A stretch of 63,986 nt of DNA, filler included, from Octopus bimaculoides (GCF_001194135.2; 6 parts of 6 records of this genome joined end to end with filler, not necessarily neighbours in it), one strand, 5' to 3'; positions 11,482 to 24,369 are shown, counted from the first letter of the whole stretch. Program-made: numbers and translations. The notes: generated by a model not told the origin, from the sequence alone.

Positions 11482-11898
11482 ATCATCATCATTATCGTTT
11501 AATGTCCGCTTTCCATGCTAGCATGGGTTGGACGGTTTGACTGAGGGCTGGCAAGCCAGAAGACTGCACCAAGCTCCAATTTTATCTGGCAAAGTTTCTA
11601 CAGTTGAATGCCCTTCCTAATGCGAACCACTCCAAAAGTGTAGTGGGTGCTTTTATGTGCCACCGGCATGAGGGCCAGTCAGGCAGTACTGGCATCAACC
11701 ATGCTCAAATGGTGCTTTTTCACATGCCACCTGCACGGGAGCCAGTCCGGCAGCACTAGCAATGACCACATTCGAATGGTGTTTTTTACATGCCACCAGC
11801 ACAGGAGCCAGTCAGGCAACGATCTTGCTCAAATGGTGCTTTTTACATGTCACTGGCACGGGAGCCACTCAGCAGCCCTGGCAACGATCACACTCGGA
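11482..11898 (-). mobile_element. 5'-truncated RTE LINE 3'UTR
   Basis: (GAT)n tail and four ~57-67 bp internal units, as in the 27498 copy. Confidence 0.75.
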
Positions 11899-13254
11899 CA
11901 GTGGGAAAAATTCTGTATCCAGGACATATCCTTTACACACATTTCATAAAGGAAGTTAGGAACGTGGTTATCAATCTACCTAGAATAGAATAGATAGATA
12001 TTCAATCTTCACAACAATGACTTGTTCTAAGATGCATACATTAAATCATCTGTCAAATAGGGGGAGAGAAAGTCAAACATTACTGACAGATGCACACATT
12101 TGAACATTAATTGCATGCACACATCCTCCCCACACTTTCGTACATACAGCTAATTGTCATCTGTGTGTATCAAGAGTGCTTGTATGTGTATATTAATGAA
12201 AGTATACTTGTACCACTAGCATTTATTTGAATCCCTCCTTCCCCCATCTCTCTCTATTGCACACACACACACACACACTTTTACCATACCTTTTCCATGG
12301 AATGACAGATTTTTTTTTATCTCCACAGGAATTTATCATTAGCACTTTCTAACGTAACAGATCTGCCATGGGTCTGCTCAATCTGGGCTTATCTGGAATT
12401 ACACAACTTCTTGTACACTACATACTTTCGCTTGTCTCAGTTCCTAACGTTTAAACCAGTGATATTACAACATTTTTTTCAGAAAGTAGTCCTCAAAATT
12501 CTGGTAGAAAACTTCATGGACTACCAACTGTAAATTTACGTACATTACACAGTAGGGCATATTTTAAATAAAGAAATTGATTATGCATTGCATAATTTGA
12601 TGTACGTAAATTTACTTTTAATTAACTTTGATTTTATAAATTGTATAAATTTTGAGACTGAAATGAGTGATTTCATTGATCTTATAAAGCTAGTTGTAGA
12701 TCACTAAAACTTTGTTATCGACCATTAATAGTTCATCTGGACCAAGACGTCTCCGAGTAACTATCTCACTAGATCTACCCTCCATTGTACCAGAACATGT
12801 AGAAACATCACAATTTTCCAATTCTTATAATATCCAAGATCCAATGGTTTATATAGGAACAAACTCCTAAATTTATGTTAAGAAATACGATGTATTTCTA
12901 AGATACCTTAGCCATATGAGTGATTTCTGTTTCAGCTGTGATGATATCACCTAAGAAGAAGAAGAAGAAGAATTAAATAATAAATGACTTGGTGCAATAG
13001 TCGTCTCCATTTCCTTCGTTTATATTGCTGATTGGGGGGGGAGGGGCGCATAAACATCACGGCAGCCCATTCCTTTTCTACCTTAAAGATGTAATATTTT
13101 GTTGTAATGTTAAATATTTACATTTAGAATACAACGTTGTTTACTAAAACAACAACAACAACAACAAAGAACAATAGAAACCAATAAAAATACTGCAATA
13201 ACAAGAGCTAAAATATAGATAAAGACATTATCAGCTAAAAGTGAAACCCAGTAT

Positions 13255-13282
13255 CCGGAAGTAAATAAAACGTAGCCATTTT
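13255..13282 (+). promoter_or_regulatory. Putative WDFY2 promoter motifs (ETS CCGGAAGT, YY1-like GCCATTTT)
   Basis: CCGGAAGT at 13255-13262 and GCCATTTT at 13275-13282, in unique sequence about 0.9 kb before the ATG. Confidence 0.4.
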
Positions 13283-13630
13283 ATTGAGTTGTATCAAGTG
13301 TTAGGTTGTTTAGGAGTCAATATTTTCACTGTTGTATATTCGAATAATAATTGTCTTTTGATAGACACTGGGAAGCACGAATGTATGAAAAATGAGAGGT
13401 GACATTAATGACTTTCTCTTCATGAATGTAATTGTAACGTAAATAAATTCGTTTTAATCAAGTATCGAAACCGGATCGCCAGTTTCAGTCGCGGACAAAA
13501 ACACAGTAACTCAAAAAACATTAATCACGACGAACTACATAATAAATAATTATTTCTCACATTGACTGAAGACCATTAATTTATTTGGAGGAAGGGTATC
13601 CTTGTTTAGATCGTCTCCAGTATATGCCTC
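13283..13630 (+). other. Putative non-coding first exon of WDFY2 (5' start uncertain)
   Basis: Donor CTC|GTAAGT at 13631; acceptor after a CT-rich tract, TACTCAG|G at 14133/14134. Confidence 0.35.
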
Positions 13631-14156
13631 GTAAGTATGGAAGGCGAGAAAAAAATTGAGCTTTGTGGTGGGGAACTAAATTTAGAAAATTTAGTAATAT
13701 TTAATTTAATCCAGTGATAATTATAAAGTTAGATAAGAACCATAGGGCAATCTGACCAAAGCAAAATTGGTTGTAGCGTATACTAAATGCATCAACACCC
13801 AATCAGACAGTGTCTGTGAATGTATGAGATACTTAAATAGAAAGAAGAAAGAAGATAACAGTAGTTAGTAATCAAAGGAGTGTGCTCGTTCTCTGGCTGT
13901 GCTTGTCATCTGTCAGTCTGTCTTTCTTTCTGTTTATTTTTCAATCTCTTTGTCTTTCCCTTTCTGTGTATCTATCACTTTCTCTGCCTTTCTATCTATC
14001 TGTCCTCTCTCTCTCTTTCTGTCTGTCTGTCTCTTTTTTTTTCTCTCTCTCTCTTTCTGTCTGTCTGTCTCTTTTTTTTTCTCTCTCTCTCTCTCTTTAT
14101 TTATCACTCTCTCGCTATTTAACTGGTACTCAGGTATCACGTGATAAACCTATAAC

Positions 14157-14308
14157 ATGGCTGCTGAAATTAAGCCCGTTAGTCTTGGTAAGCAAGGAAA
14201 TGTACGAAAACCCGTTTTGGTTAACAAATTGGAAGGTTATAGTGATAATGTCAACATGGCTGTATTTATTCCCCACGAAGATGGGGTGATTAGCATCTGT
14301 GATGACAG
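14157..14308 (+). CDS. WDFY2: First coding exon of WD repeat and FYVE domain-containing protein (WDFY1/2 orthologue)
   Basis: Reads MAAEIKPVSLGKQGNVRKPVLVNKLEGYSDNVNMAVFIPHEDGVISICDD(R). This matches the vertebrate WDFY2 start as I recall it (MAAEI..RKPILL..MEG...VNMAVIVP.EEGVISVSEDR). Good Kozak context (aacATGG) and a phase-2 donor GACAG|GTAAGT. Not in the ORF track. Confidence 0.9.
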
Positions 14309-17089
14309 GTAAGTTTAGTTATTGACTACTGTTTACGGGAGGTGGTGGGCTGGGATGCTTGGACAGGTAAGATTTTTTTTTCTTCCTATTGACCACCCAC
14401 CCGAAGTTGTGGAATTAGACTTACTATTATCACTTTAAGACACACGGCAACCGTTTTATATATTCTCCCACCCCTTTTAGTATCAGTCAGGGTTTCTAAA
14501 CTTCTGTACTCCTTGCTAATACAACACTGTTGGTGCTAGTAGTCTGCGGTCTATTTTCATTTTGTTCTGTTATTTTCTTCAGTCCCAACTTGAATGGTTT
14601 ATCATAACAATAACCCACCGTTGATCTACACCATTTAATCTGTATGATAGTATGATATATATATATATATGTATATAAACTATGTTTGTATGTAAACTAA
14701 CTTATATAAACATTGGGGCATTTTGTTTTGATTTTTGTAGAATAATTTTTATTTTCAATTTTGTTCAAATTTGTTTTCGTATTATTATTTTATTTTTTGA
14801 GTCCTCAGATATTCTGATGTAACTTGGCTGGCCTAACCTTTCGAATGTTTTAGTTATATATTTCTACGTATTGGAGGGAGGGGCACATGGTTTAAAATTA
14901 ATTGGGTGAAACCTCCCTCAAGCCATCACACAGCTGTGTATGTCGTAGGCCTTGATATATTTTAGCTAATTCAAAGCCTACTCGTCAAAATGAATGTTGT
15001 TTATTACGTATTCCAAGTATAGTGTGAATTTAGAAATAGCAAATTTTATAGAATTACTGTATGAATCTAAGTGCTGAAATACCCTGTTTTCTCTAACTAA
15101 TTAAGGTTATTGCGATGTTTTGAAATGTTAAACAAATTTGAAATCGGTTATAAGTGGTGTGAGAGTATTGTATTGTCTGTTGACATTATTTCAGTCTCGG
15201 TTGGGATATCGTTATATATATTACTGACATAGCAACGTAGCTCGCAAAACAATCAAGTTTTAACCAACAAATATAACTGCATTGATTTGTGAATAAATTA
15301 AAACCAGTGACTGAGAAAATTGTCAGTTCTTTTTGTATGTGTGATACTTTATTTCTTGTAATATCACTAAGCTAGTTAGGTCTTCTAAATTGGGGGTGGG
15401 TTTAGTTCTTGTGATCTAATACAACTTCCATACAATCTGATGTAAATTTATATAGTTTCTACGAAATATATTAAAATTTTAATTCGAATTTTCTGTTCAC
15501 GAAAATTACTAGTAAGTTTTGGAACTAACCAATTTTACAAATAACTTGGCAAATTTTCTTTTTCTTTCTTTTGAAAAAGAAAATTTGCTTTTACAATCTA
15601 AGCATATCCGTCACATTACGCAGTGTTCACCCCCTTTTCTTTCAAACCCACTTGTTTGAAGGATTTCCCGTTTATCTTAACACTATTTTGGTTGACCGGA
15701 TGTTTACTATTCGTTGCATGGTCTGTCCCAAACCTAAATCTACGTTCCAAATCCGTTCCAAACAGTTTCACTGGAACGGATGAGTGATTTGACTTGGTAA
15801 CTTTTTACTTGAATGTATTGCTGATTACCGTTGAGAAATTGGAGGTGAATATAAACAACGTAAAACTAGTCCAACGGTGTTCTAACATTTTCCTTTACTT
15901 TCTCTCCCATACAAACCAGTTGCCAGATGTTATAGTGGATTCAAACGAGCCGACAAGAGAGACTGCGTGAAGTTGAACCTGCAAGAAATAGCCAATTCAC
16001 ACACACCCTTCTTACAGTCATATAAATGGAAGGGCATGTTGAACTGTCCTAGATTATGGTAGACCTAAAATAAAAGGACGGGTTAGTCTTCTCGGTGAAG
16101 TTTAATCTGAGTTCGAAGAGTTTCTGAATTAACCTGTCCCTTACAAGTTTTAGATAAACTACTTAGTGTTATACTTATGTCTGTTGTTTTGATTTTTAAT
16201 TTCAATTACATATATCAAAATCTGTGCGACCGAATTCCTATATAGATATTGGTCAGCTGAAACTTTGAACGTAATTTAGAATTTAAAAGTTCTGTCGAAA
16301 TAATTTTATCTCCTTACCTCAAAGGTTTTAGGTATTTTTCATTTTGTGTTGTGTTGGTTAATTTTAGAATAGAGATTATTTCTTAGGTAAATTCTTGATT
16401 GTTTTTGAACCGTGAAGTGCACAAAAAGAAAGACATATTCTCAAGGGGCACTTTTGATCATCATTTAATTGTTGATAACCAAATCTTATAATAAAAGACT
16501 TTTTTCTCTTTAATACAGCTCAATCTTCTTGGACCGTTGGGTTGTATCCGTTAAGCAAGATTTACTATTTAGTTTGTTCAACTTCGGCAAAAATAAACAC
16601 CCCCCCCCCGTCCTCAATTTCTGATTGAATGGTTAGGTTTTTATAAAAGACATCCAACCCATAAAATCACTTGCCACAACAGGCTCTGCCTCATTTTTAG
16701 CCCCCTATCATATGGGTTCAAACCATGAAGATAGAATTAAAATTCAGACCAGTTCACTCTTGTTTCTTTTGCAACTACGGCCCCATTGGAGCACTTTTAC
16801 AATGAAAAATGTATCAAGATAGTTTTTGTTTATCTAATTAATTTTATGACTGGATAGTTTGATTTTGTTAAGTTTACTCTGTTCATGTAGAGCATGCGAT
16901 CTTAATATTTGATTTAAAATGTGGTCTATTGATTGGAAAATTTCAATGCCTGTAATAATTCCCATGCTAGCTCATTCTTATACTATGGAATCAATTAGTA
17001 CAGATGATATTTCATGTTGAGCCGACAGATGTTGAAGTACTGCATATTTGCAGTTGACAGTGTGAACTTTCCTTAGAGACTAAATTTGC

Positions 17090-17270
17090 TATGATGCTAT
17101 GGTGGGTGTGACACTGTTTCCCATTCAAACTGCTCCATCCTTTGAAATGTCATCCTTGCTGTATGTGGCCAAGCATTATCCTGATGGAAGAACACCTTTT
17201 GTCTTGTAACCAAAGATGGTCGTTTTTCTTCTAGTGCTGACTTGAATGACTGGTTGAATGACCAAATCCA
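17090..17270 (-). mobile_element. Mariner transposase fragment
   Basis: KRPSLVTRQKVFFHQDNAWPHTA...FEWETVSHPP resembles the mariner HHDNARPHT...WEVLPHPP motifs. Confidence 0.75.
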
Positions 17271-17319
17271 AGCTTCACTGCTAGTTCCTCGACATTTACA
17301 ATGGGATTTTGTGCAAGCT

Positions 17320-17430
17320 CTGTTGTCTGATTTGGTGAGGTTTCTGTGGCTGGATACCTTTCCTCCTAATACCAACAACTTTACACAGGTTACTGGGTGC
17401 ATTTTATGTGGTACCACCAGCACCAACAAG
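17320..17430 (-). mobile_element. Degenerate RTE 3'UTR piece
   Basis: tctgatttgg...ggctggatacc...actgggtgcattttatgtg resembles the 27498 copy. Confidence 0.45.
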
Positions 17431-17542
17431 GCCACTAGTAAATTTGTAAAAGAAGATACCGCCACTGAGTGGGGAGTTGTATTGAGGGGGATGGCTTTGT
17501 GCCAAGTGATGAAAGGTTATGATAGAGGGATACAAATGGGTG

Positions 17543-18996
17543 TGTTACAAGACAGTGTGTATGAAAGAATCGTGATGTCGTGGGTGAGAAATGTGTTCGC
17601 ATTGATGATGCTATGCTTGCACTAAACGAAGCTGCAAAGAAAGAGGTTTGGAGACGCCACTACGAAAGATTGCTCAATAAAGAGAATGAATGGGTGAAAG
17701 AGAGTCTGCCGAATGTTGACCCAAGAGAGGGACCAGCTATCTGAGTTGAGAGTACCATGGTAGATAAAGCAATTAAGAGTATGAAGACAGAAAGCCCCTG
17801 GCCCATCAGGAATCACTGCAGAGATCCTCAAAATATCTGGCAGTGTCGGCTATAGCCTAATCACCCTTATTGTTAACCAGGTGATACATGAAGGAGTCAT
17901 ACCCAATGACTGGTGTAGCAGCACCATAGTCAACTGCTACAAAGGTAAAGGTGACGCATTAGATACAAATAATTACAGAGGTATCAAGCTTTTAGATCAG
18001 GTAATGAAAGTCACGGAGAGGGTCATAGCCCAACTACTTAGGGAGCGAGTCAGTTTAGATGAGATGCAATTTGGCTTCGTGCCAGGGAAAAGCACCAGAT
18101 GCTATATTTCTGGTAAGACAGCTTCAGGAGAAATACCTAGCCGAGGATAAACCTCTGTACCTGGCTTTCATTGACATGGAGAAAGCCTTCGACAGGGTCA
18201 CCCGATCTCTCATCTGGTGGTCAATGAGGAAACTAGGGATAGAAGAATGGTTAGTGAGAGCTGTGCGAGCCATGTACAGAGACGCTGTCAGTAAGATGAG
18301 GGTTGGCAATGAGTACAGTGAAGAATTCCGGGTGGAGGAAGGAGTCTACCAAGGTTCAGTCCTCATCCTCCTCCTATTTATCATAGTCCTCCAGGCTATA
18401 ACAGAGAAATTCAAGACAGGATGCCTCTTGGAGCTCCTCTATGCTGATGACCTTGCACTAATTGCTGAGTCACTATCAGAACTAGAGGAGAAGTTTCAGG
18501 TGTGGAAGCAAGGACTAGAATCGAAGGGCCTTAGAGTCAACCTAGCTAAAACCAAAGTCCTAATAAGAAGGAAGGCAGACAAAACACAAACCCCTTTGGG
18601 TAGATGGCCCTGCTTGATCTGTAGAAAAGGCGTGGGTAGTAACTCTATAAGATGCACCCAGTGCAAGCTATGGACAGATAAGAGGTGCAGCAATATCAAA
18701 GGAAGGTTAACTAGGAAGTTAGTTTTCGTTTGTAGCAGATGTTCAGGAGCTATAAACACTGTGAATGTACAGAAAACAACTTCTGCCACATTCCAGGGAG
18801 AAAAACTAGAAGTGGTTGATAGCGTCTGCCATCTTGGTGACCAAATTGGTAGTGGGGGTGGGTGCACTGAAAGCGTAGCTACTAAAATTAGAATAGCCTG
18901 AGCAAAGTTCAGAGAGCTCTTACCTCTGCTGGCGACAAAGGGTTTTTCTCTCAGAGTAAAAGGCAGATTGTATGATGCATGTGTACGAACAGCCAT
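17543..18996 (+). mobile_element. RTE-clade LINE reverse transcriptase region, pseudogenised
   Basis: Contains KAPGPSGI, NYRGIKLL, QFGFVPGKST, FIDMEKAFD, QGSVL and LYADD (YADD at 18440-18451). Stops and frameshifts near 17741, 17790, 18100 and 18899; ends at an N gap. Confidence 0.92.
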
Positions 18997-19096
18997 NNNN
19001 NNNNNNTTACTTTTTTGAAATTTTCTTTAGATTCAAAACACAATTGTAATTACTATAAACAAGTAATTACAAAATAATAATAATTATAATAATAAT

Positions 19097-20612
19097 CCTT
19101 TCTACTAAAGGCCTGAAATTTTGAGGAAGGGGACTAGTTGATTACATCAACCCCAATGTTTTACTGGTACTTAATTCATTGACCCTGATAGGACGAAGGG
19201 CAAAGTTGACTTCAGTGGAATTTGAACTCGGAATGTTAAAACGGACGAAATACCGCTAAGCATTTGGTCTGGCTTGCTAACGATTCTGCTTGCTCACTGC
19301 CTTAATAATAATAATGATACTACAAGTTTTCGGTATTAGGCCAGCAGTTTGGAGAGTAGAGGAAGTTGATTACATTGACCCATGTGCTCAACTGCTTCTT
19401 ATTGATCCTGGAAAGACGAGAAGCTAAGTCTACCTCAGTGGTATTTGAACTTGGAGTGTAGAGAGTCAAAAGAAATGCTGTTGAACATTTTTGTCTGACT
19501 TGCATACAATCCCACCAGCTTGTCACCTAATAATAATAATAATGGTTTCAAATTTTTGCACAAGGCCAGTAATTTTAGGGAGGGAGAAACGTTTATTACA
19601 TCAACCCCATCTCTCAACTGGTACTTTATTTTATCAGTCCTGAAAACATGAAAGGTAAAGCTGACCTCAGCAGCATTTGAACTCAAAACATGAAAATAGA
19701 AACAAACTGTTGCTAAGCATTTTGCTGACATGCTAATGATTTAGTAGTAGTAGTAGTAGTAATCCTTTCTACTATAGGCACAAGGTCTGAAATTTGGAGG
19801 AGATGGATAGTCAATTTCATCAACCCCAGTGTGTAACTGGTACTTATTTTATCAACCCCCAAAAGGATGAAAGTCGACCTCGGTGGAATTTGAACTCAGA
19901 ACATAAGGACAGACAAAATGTGCTAACGATTCTGCCAGCTTGCTGCCCTGATAATAATAATAATGATGGTTTCAAATTTTGGCACAAGTCCAGCAATTTC
20001 GGGGGAGAGGTTTAGTCGATTACATCAACCTTAGTGCTCAGTTGGCACTTATTTTATTGATCCTGGAAAGATGAAAGGCAAAATTGACTTTGACGGAATT
20101 GAACTCAGAATGTAAGGACAAATGAAATATTGCTAAGCATTTTGCCTGGTGTTTTAATGGTGTGCCAGATTGCCACTTTGATAGTAATAATAATGATGAT
20201 GGTTTAAAATTTTGGCATAAGACCAGTAGGTTTGGGGCATGGGTAAGTCGATTACATCAATGCCATTGCTCAGCTAGTATTTACATTATATACTCCGAAA
20301 GGATGAAAGGCAAAGTTGACTTAAGTGGAATTTGAACTCGGAACATGAAGTTAGAAGAAATGCTGCTAAGCATTTTGTCTGGCATCCTAATGATTCTGTC
20401 AGCTTGTTGCCTTAATTCTTTCTACTCGAGACACAAAACCTGAAATGTGGTGGGAGGGTATGGCTTATTACATCAATCCCAGTGCTTGATTGGTGCTTGT
20501 TTTATTGAGCCCAAAAGGATGAAAGGCAAAATCGACCTCAGTGGTATTTGAACTCAAAACATAAAAGTGGAAAAAATGCCACTAAGCCTGTTGTCTGGCA
20601 TGCTAACAATTC
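19097..20612 (-). mobile_element. Head-to-tail array of seven SINE family B copies separated by (AAT)n/(AGT)n
   Basis: Units start near 19097, 19322, 19544, 19763, 19967, 20201 and 20416, each with the gatgaaaggcaaagtcgacc...gaatttgaactc core. Confidence 0.85.
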
Positions 20613-21124
20613 ATTAATACTAATAATGACAATATAATTATAATAATAACAGTAATAATTATTATTGCTGCTGCCAAGAAGAACATTTACCTGTGATTAA
20701 TACATTCATCCAGACTAATGATAATATGACTGTCAAATGAGATGAAATCTAGAATTTTCTTGTGGAAATTTCCAAAACTCTATGCATTGTGAATTCATAA
20801 ATAATTTTATTTCATTTGTTGTTGTTGTTGTTGTTCAACAATAGCTGTGGGCTATAAATAGACATCTTGTTTAAATATATCTTGGTTATTTTCTTATTCA
20901 TTTATTCAGTGTTATTGTTGTGGCAGAGCCAATAAACCTTTTAGTATCCATTGCTTAGTAACATGTCTGCTGAAAAAAAAAAAAAAAGAAACCCCAGATG
21001 TCTACTAAATCAACAAACAATAATGACTTCTAACAAAGGTATAAGGCCACACATTTTGTGGGAGAGGAGGGGATGCAGCTGATCATAATGATTTTGATTT
21101 TCATTTATTTACTTAAAAAGAAAA

Positions 21125-22187
21125 AAAAAAAAATGAATCAACTCTGCTGGAATTTGAACCCTCAAAGCCTAAAGAAACCTTACTAAATATTAGTTTCAAC
21201 TTTTGGCACAAGGCCAGCAATTTCGAGGAAGTGGGTAAGTCGATTACAACAACCCCAGCCCTCAATTGGTNNNNNNNNNNNNNNNNNNNNNNNNNNNNNN
21301 NNNNNNNNNNNNNNNNNNNNNNNNNNNNNNNNNNNNNNNNNNNNNNNNNNNNNNNNNNNNNNNNNNNNNNNNNNNNNNNNNNNNNNNNNNNNNNNNNNNN
21401 NNNNNNNNNNNNNNNNNNNNNNNNNNNNNNNNNNNNNNNNNNNNNNNNNNNNNNNNNNNNNNNNNNNNNNNNNNNNNNNNNNNNNNNNNNNNNNNNNNNN
21501 NNNNNNNNNNNNNNNNNNNNNNNNNTGTTTTCAAAAGTTCTGAATTAAAATCGCCCACCAAACATTGGTCACAATTTATGTTCCTAACACTAGCTTAATG
21601 ATAACTAAGTTATTTTACTAAATTCTTTGTATATTTAAAAATAACTGAAAGAAACACAGAGCATCTCAACAGAAATACGGTAATGAAAGGGTTAATCTTA
21701 CTAAATATTACAATGTATCTTTTTCGGCACTTTATCATTTTCCACGATCCACTGCTTTATTAATAATGTTTCTAATTTAGTCCATCAATGATGGGTTCTA
21801 GTTATTACGTCTACTTCTTGACTGTTACTTTTTATTAACCTCTAAGTGGATGTAAAACAAAGTTCAACTCAGCAGGATTTGAACTTAGAATATTAAGTGC
21901 TGTAACAAATGCTGCAAGCAAATTTTTTTTTGCTTTAGTAATCCTGTCAGCTCACCAACCTTCCAGTAATAATGGTTTCAAATTTTGGCACAAGGCCAGC
22001 AGTTTTAAAGGAGTGAGTAAGTTTATTACAATGGTCCCAGTGCTCAGCTGGTACTTCTTTTATTGACCATGAAAGGATGAAAGGCAAAGTTGACTTCAGT
22101 GGAATTTGAACTCAGAACATATAGACAGACAAATGCCACTAAACCTTTTGCCTGACATGCTAATGATTCTGCCAGCTTTTCACCTTA
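21125..22187 (-). mobile_element. Cluster of further SINE family B pieces (about 21125-21270 and 21855-22187)
   Basis: Same core motifs as the 19097 array. Confidence 0.65.
21526..21691. mobile_element. Partial piggyBac-like MITE end
   Basis: Ends AAAGGG|TTAA; the left end lies in the gap. Confidence 0.4.
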
Positions 22188-23029
22188 ACCTTCTTGTAAT
22201 AATAAGGATCTGTAAAATAGGAACACAGCTACATATTTTAAGAGGTGTAGTTTATTAAATCAGCCCTAATGTTTTATTTTATGGACCCTAAAACGATGAA
22301 GTACTGAGTCAACTAGGTGCAGTTTAAATTTTAGACATAGCTAAAAAAAACTACAAAGTGGCCCATGAATGACTTGACGATTATTTTATACATATATAAT
22401 ACAGTAGACCATTTCTAGGTCACCCTGTATAAAGCAGTTTGATTCTGCTTTCCATAATTTTTTTTTTTACTTGCTTGGCATAAGTCCATTTATTTTGTGT
22501 GTGGGGAGGTAACCAAAATAATTTATTGAATCATTTCCAGAAAATTATTAGAATTTATGTTACCAAGCTCCAAAAAAATTAATTTATGGCAAAATCTACT
22601 ATTTGAACTTGTTACAGAGTGAAGCACCAATGTTTGATAATCAGAACGTATACAGTTCAATTGTTTAAATGTCTGTACTAACACCTCCACTGTAGTGAAA
22701 CGCTATTTTCTTTCATGTGCATGGGACCACATCCTGTGAGATGAGGTGTTGAAGTCAGTTGATGTTCATATGTTATCAACCTGGGATAGGAGAACCCTTT
22801 TCATACTGGTGTAATTTCATTCATTTTCAAATTTGAAACTGCTTGCTAGTTAAGTCTCTAAAAACTCATATGAAATAAATTAAGCTTTAATATGATAGAA
22901 GTTCCATACCTATGAATTTTTCTCAATACTGATATTTTCTCATAAGTTCTCATGCACTTGCAGTCCGACCCTTGTGCTAAAAACTTTTCCCATGTCAGCT
23001 CTAAACACTTATAAGTATTCTCTATCTAT

Positions 23030-23255
23030 ACTCTTTTACTCTTTTACTTGTTTCAATAATTTGACTGTGGCCATGCTGGAGCAGTGCCTTTTTTTTTTTT
23101 AGTCTAGCTAATCGACCCCAGGACTTATTCTTTGTAAGCCTAGTACTTATTCTATCGGTCTCTTTAGCCGAACCGCTGATGTAACGGGGACGTAAACACA
23201 CCAGCAATGGTTATCAAGCAATGTTGGGGGGACAAACACAGACACACAAACATAT

Positions 23256-23300
<45 letters not shown>

Positions 23301-23458
23301 TACAACGAGCTTCTTTCAGTTTCCGTCTACCAAATCCACTCACAAGGCTTTGGTTGGCCCGAAGCTATAGTAGAAGACACTTGCCCAAGGTGCCACGCAG
23401 TGGGACTGAACCCGGAACTATGTGGTTGGTAAGCAAGCTACTTACCACACAACCACTC
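23030..23458 (-). mobile_element. SINE family A
   Basis: Reverse complement of the 9723 copy. Confidence 0.85.
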
Positions 23459-23893
23459 TCTTTCTTTCTTTTTGTCTCTTCTCATAGTGTTACTGATTCT
23501 CACTTTTGCAATGTCTCTTTCCTCAGACAGGACCCTTTTTTTTTTCATTATATAGCGGTTCTCTTCCCATACTTGTCAATATAATTCATATACTAGCTTG
23601 GTCTCTCCTTATGCTGCCATTTGCTAGAATGGTTATCCTGTTACAAATACACCACGTGCATGCACATACAAGTTCAGTTCAGGACGAATTGTAGTCAAAT
23701 GGATTGTTGTGGCCCATCTTAGGATCCACTTCAATACACTGTTGTAATCAAGTGGATTATTTTCAGCCGTAGTACATGTGTACACACATGCATCAACTAG
23801 AAGCTCTTTTAGTTCACAAATTTATAAATCCTATTTGTAATAGGCATTGATGCCCAAATTCCTTGTTTTTTTTTTCTCCTAGAAATCTTTTAA

Positions 23894-24111
23894 CTCTTTA
23901 GCATTTAAACTAGCCATATCTGGCTAAAATATTCTATCTGTTTTATGTTCAAACCAGCCAGATCTGGTCTCTCACACTTATCCGACAATGTCTTTCTAAA
24001 AGTAAACAATCACATCAAAATCTCAAGGCTATGAAATAAAGCATGGTTTAATTCAAAACAATGTAAAGAAATTAGTATCATATATGACAGAATAATCTGA
24101 ATGCTAAAGGG
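23894..24111. mobile_element. piggyBac-like MITE (inverted relative to 7958)
   Basis: TTAA at 23890-23893 and 24112-24115; shared interior. Confidence 0.75.
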
Positions 24112-24369
24112 TTAAACCCTTGTAAGCCAGTGTGATCAAAGGTCCTTGGTCTCCAACAGGAAGTATGTCAAAGTTTAAGGGTACCAAAATAACTATCATT
24201 TCAGTAGTTGCCATCTGTGTTTTGGAGAGCTCTGTTTTATTTCTTAATATGTTTATACTTTGTGTTTATGTACATTTGTACCATATGCCACTTTTATGTT
24301 AACCAAATTTTTATTCTAGTTTGTTGTTGTTTAGTCCACAAGTTGTCTCAGCTCTGAAGGAGTAGATTT

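Larger units (their letters stand above)
10357..11980. repeat. Degenerate ~75-bp tandem repeat (5 units) interrupted by insertions
   Basis: Unit ctgtatccaggata...ttatgaagaaagttaggaa.atggttattaatatatag starts at about 10357, 10796, 10869, 11413 and 11913. Confidence 0.7.

Noticed and set aside
12280-12960. Possible divergent minus-strand gene (several AG/GT sites, MEGRSSEIV.. short frame)
   Set aside because: Implied introns of 33-40 nt, no continuous frame, no recognisable protein.
19097-20612. CRISPR-like regular spacing
   Set aside because: Units are ~200-bp SINE copies in eukaryotic DNA; no short repeat-spacer structure and no cas genes.
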